IMG/VR virus record: IMGVR_UViG_3300045988_001891
Coordinates: 1-6,141 of that record
DNA from: a virus
Reading direction: 5' to 3' (one strand)
DNA length: 6,141 nucleotides
Below, in pieces: positions 4,195 to 6,141 of the stretch. Under the pieces are notes generated by a model. It saw nothing but the letters and a program-made list of their open reading frames with translations. It did not search any database and was not told the DNA's origin. A program made the position numbers and the translations under genes. Numbering within the stretch: the stretch's first letter is position 1; each line of letters begins with the position of its first letter.

Positions 4195-5234
4195 TATAAA
4201 GGACAATACTCTGTTGATAAGTATTGGTACATAATATCTTTCTCTTCTTTTCTGATCTTCCTTCGTAGCGCTTTTTTTCTTTTTGTCAGATTTTGTAGCT
4301 TATTCATTCGGTTGATCGCCTTTTTCCTTTCAATTTCCTCGATATTATCTTCGTGTAAACCGATTCCATTTTCATTTTTTTCTTTGAGTAATCTTTCGTA
4401 GTAATCTTTGTTCACTGTGTTAGCTCCTATTACTTCGAATCCGTTTACCCATTTCACATCTTTATCTTCGGCATATAGCCATAATAATTGCCTCTGATCA
4501 TCTGTGTATATAGTTGTTTTGTAGTATCTTGGTAATGGTAGATCTTGTCCGTTATGTGTTTTATATGTAATAATTGTTTTTTCCTTATTCCATTTGTGTT
4601 TTAGTTGGTTTTCTTTTGCATAGTTTGCTCCAAGCCCTTTGCTGCATAGTACTATTGATATATAATCAGGATTGTCTTCATCCTTTTTTGTCATGTATTT
4701 TGATACATAGTTTATTGTTTTTTCATTGACATATCTTCCGTAATATTTGTATCCGTCTATCCAATTTTCGTATAATAGTTTTGTTAATTGCCATTTTGTC
4801 TGCCCTTTTCTTGCATAGAATAATCCGTGTAGGTGTATTCTTCTTGTATTGGTATGTCCTTTTTCCGTTACACACCAATGCTTTACTGATTTACCTGTTT
4901 CTTTTCTGATTCTTTCTAAGAATAATCTGTGTATTTTTGTGATTATCTCGTTATCTTGCGATCCATCGTTTTTGAATCCATATCTTTTACAAATATATTC
5001 ATATCTTTGTGGAGATACTGTTCCTGTAAAAAACACTGCATGAGGTGTTTCTTTCAGTTGTTCGTAATTTCTGATTCTCCATTCTCTTCTCTTTTTTTTA
5101 CGACATTCGAAGCAGTGTCCGCATTCTACTTCTACATATCTGAATCTTTCGTCTGTACACACAGGCGGTCTCCACCCATTCTTTCGATTAGGCAGAAACC
5201 GCTTGTTTAATACTTTTTTTGTGAAGTAACACAT
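4194..5234 (-). CDS. VP4: Rolling-circle replication initiator VP4 (HUH endonuclease, phiX174 gpA superfamily), 346 aa
   Basis: Typical N-terminus MC....... plus Cys cluster CGHCFEC (nt 5103-5123). Motif 1-like FFTGTV (5016-5033). HUH motif RIHLHGLFY (H-L-H at 4827-4835). Two catalytic-type tyrosines spaced by three residues in YVSKYMTK (4686-4709), as in phiX174 gpA. Basic C-terminal tail. Confidence 0.93.
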   Translation of the reverse strand: MCYFTKKVLNKRFLPNRKNGWRPPVCTDERFRYVEVECGHCFECRKKKRREWRIRNYEQLKETPHAVFFTGTVSPQRYEYICKRYGFKNDGSQDNEIITKIHRLFLERIRKETGKSVKHWCVTEKGHTNTRRIHLHGLFYARKGQTKWQLTKLLYENWIDGYKYYGRYVNEKTINYVSKYMTKKDEDNPDYISIVLCSKGLGANYAKENQLKHKWNKEKTIITYKTHNGQDLPLPRYYKTTIYTDDQRQLLWLYAEDKDVKWVNGFEVIGANTVNKDYYERLLKEKNENGIGLHEDNIEEIERKKAINRMNKLQNLTKRKKALRRKIRKEEKDIMYQYLSTEYCPL

Positions 5235-5235
5235 A

Positions 5236-6141
5236 CTACTTGTTTGGTTTTCTGATTACTTTTTCGAGTCTCTTGAGTAGAGATTGTGCTTGTTTGAACT
5301 TGCTTACAGATTCTATGATCTCCGACAACTGATTGATTCCTCCGAAGATCCATTCTCTGAGGTTTTTTTGGTTTTCGTTGTCTAAATGTCCTTTTCCGAG
5401 TTCATAGTCTTTTGCGATCTTGTCTATCATGGCTGCTGCTTGTTCTTTCGCTGCTTCAGCAGACATTCTCTTTGTTATCATGTCGTAGTAGAAATTCTCT
5501 ATTTCTTTTTGGATCTTTCTTGCGGTGTTGTAGTTGACGTCTACGATCGAGTCTTGTACGGCTCCTTCTTTTTGTAATAACGCTATCTCCGACACTAATT
5601 TTGCCACTCTTTCCTCTTGAGTTTCGTTTAGATACTTTGTGTTCAGCATCTCTTGATTCCAGAGTTCGACTGCTTTCTGTGCATTGGCGTTTGCTTCCGT
5701 TACGTTTGCCGCTGCTATATTTTCTTTGCTTAATTGGATTCTGTTTTCAATTTCCTGCCATTTATTTTCAAGATCCTGCCCTTTTGTGTCTACTCCTGCG
5801 ATTTTGTTTGCTTCTGCCAATGTTTTGGCTGTTTCAGCACTTGCAAGTCTGTTTTGCGCCTCTATCTGCTTCAGTTGTAGTCCCATCGCTTGTTGTTGTA
5901 GTGCTGCTTCTACAGGATTCATTTTTAGTCCGCTTGGCTGCATTCCATCTCCGCCCGCTGTGCTTGCCGCTTGTCCTCCTCCGTTTCCGTACATGAGTCC
6001 TACGCTTAATCCTGCATTTTCCATTTCTTGTCTTTGAGCTCCAAAGTTGGTGTCTTTCCACATTTGAAGATTTCGTTTGTATTCAGCGTCTGCCGCCTGT
6101 TGTCCATAGTTGTATTGTAGGCCCATTCCTTCTTTTTCATA
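5236..6141 (-). CDS. VP2: DNA pilot / minor capsid protein VP2, C-terminal part (joins 1..226; full protein 358 aa)
   Basis: The track ORF of 296 aa starts at an internal Met. ENAGLSVGLMYGNGGG resembles the AGLNP.LMY-type motif I recall in microvirus VP2. A long Q/A/E/K-rich helical region follows. The stop lies 1 nt before the VP4 ATG. The frame is open to the window end and continues at position 56 of the circle. Confidence 0.88.
   Translation of the reverse strand, partial: YEKEGMGLQYNYGQQAADAEYKRNLQMWKDTNFGAQRQEMENAGLSVGLMYGNGGGQAASTAGGDGMQPSGLKMNPVEAALQQQAMGLQLKQIEAQNRLASAETAKTLAEANKIAGVDTKGQDLENKWQEIENRIQLSKENIAAANVTEANANAQKAVELWNQEMLNTKYLNETQEERVAKLVSEIALLQKEGAVQDSIVDVNYNTARKIQKEIENFYYDMITKRMSAEAAKEQAAAMIDKIAKDYELGKGHLDNENQKNLREWIFGGINQLSEIIESVSKFKQAQSLLKRLEKVIRKPNK
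6087..6141. repeat. Terminal redundancy, copy 2
   Basis: Identical to bases 1-55. Confidence 0.97.

Noticed and set aside
24-6037. Nine plus-strand ORFs in the track (24..263, 1239..1484, 2295..2552, 3722..3910, 4849..5043, 4929..5210, 5386..5577, 5601..5996, 5684..6037)
   Set aside because: Each lies antisense to a well-supported minus-strand gene. Their products are low-complexity Cys/Phe/Leu/Ser/Pro-rich strings, typical of the reverse complement of Lys/Glu/Gly-rich coding sequence. None has a convincing start context. Microvirus genes are all read from one strand.
5834-6061. 75-aa Arg-rich ORF in an alternative frame inside VP2, on the same strand
   Set aside because: It starts at GTG (6059-6061), not ATG, and has no SD. 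Its extreme Arg/Thr/Ser content is what the shifted frame of GGN/CAA/GCA-rich VP2 codons produces. Overprinting is known in Microviridae, so it is not impossible, but nothing in the sequence supports it.
1-6141. Search by eye for tRNA/tmRNA, CRISPR repeats, IS or transposon ends, integrase, toxin-antitoxin pairs or defence-system genes
   Set aside because: No cloverleaf-compatible sequence with a GTTCRANYC-like T-arm was seen in the structured regions. There are no regularly spaced repeats. No ORF is large enough or carries motifs for an integrase, transposase or known defence enzyme. The window is fully accounted for by a compact phage genome.

Overview
The window is one complete, circularly closed Microviridae (small ssDNA phage) genome, given as the reverse complement of the coding (viral) strand. 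Bases 1-55 are identical to 6087-6141, so the unit genome is 6086 nt and the window is a circle opened inside a gene. All credible genes are on the minus strand and tightly packed. In transcription order they are: (1) pilot/minor capsid protein VP2, which wraps across the window junction, with its true ATG at 224-226 and stop at 5236; (2) rolling-circle replication initiator VP4 (HUH endonuclease); (3) a 364-nt structured non-coding region (3830-4193) containing a locally GC-rich hairpin cluster; (4) five small unrecognised ORFs (66-88 aa), one with an N-terminal membrane or signal segment; (5) the 659-aa major capsid protein VP1; (6) a 112-aa small acidic protein; (7) an intrinsic terminator; (8) a 163-nt non-coding region (227-389) carrying a dif-like motif. 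Gene content is not phiX174-like and fits the gokushovirus/alpavirus-like part of the family. The large VP1 and AT-rich genome hint at an Alpavirinae-like gut lineage, but I cannot verify that without a search. I see no integrase, tRNA, CRISPR array or IS element, and no evidence for a wholly new multi-gene system. The most novel candidates are the five-ORF cassette (including a candidate lysis or exclusion membrane protein), the structured intergenic origin-like region, and a possible XerC/D (dif-like) site that would imply integrase-free lysogeny.
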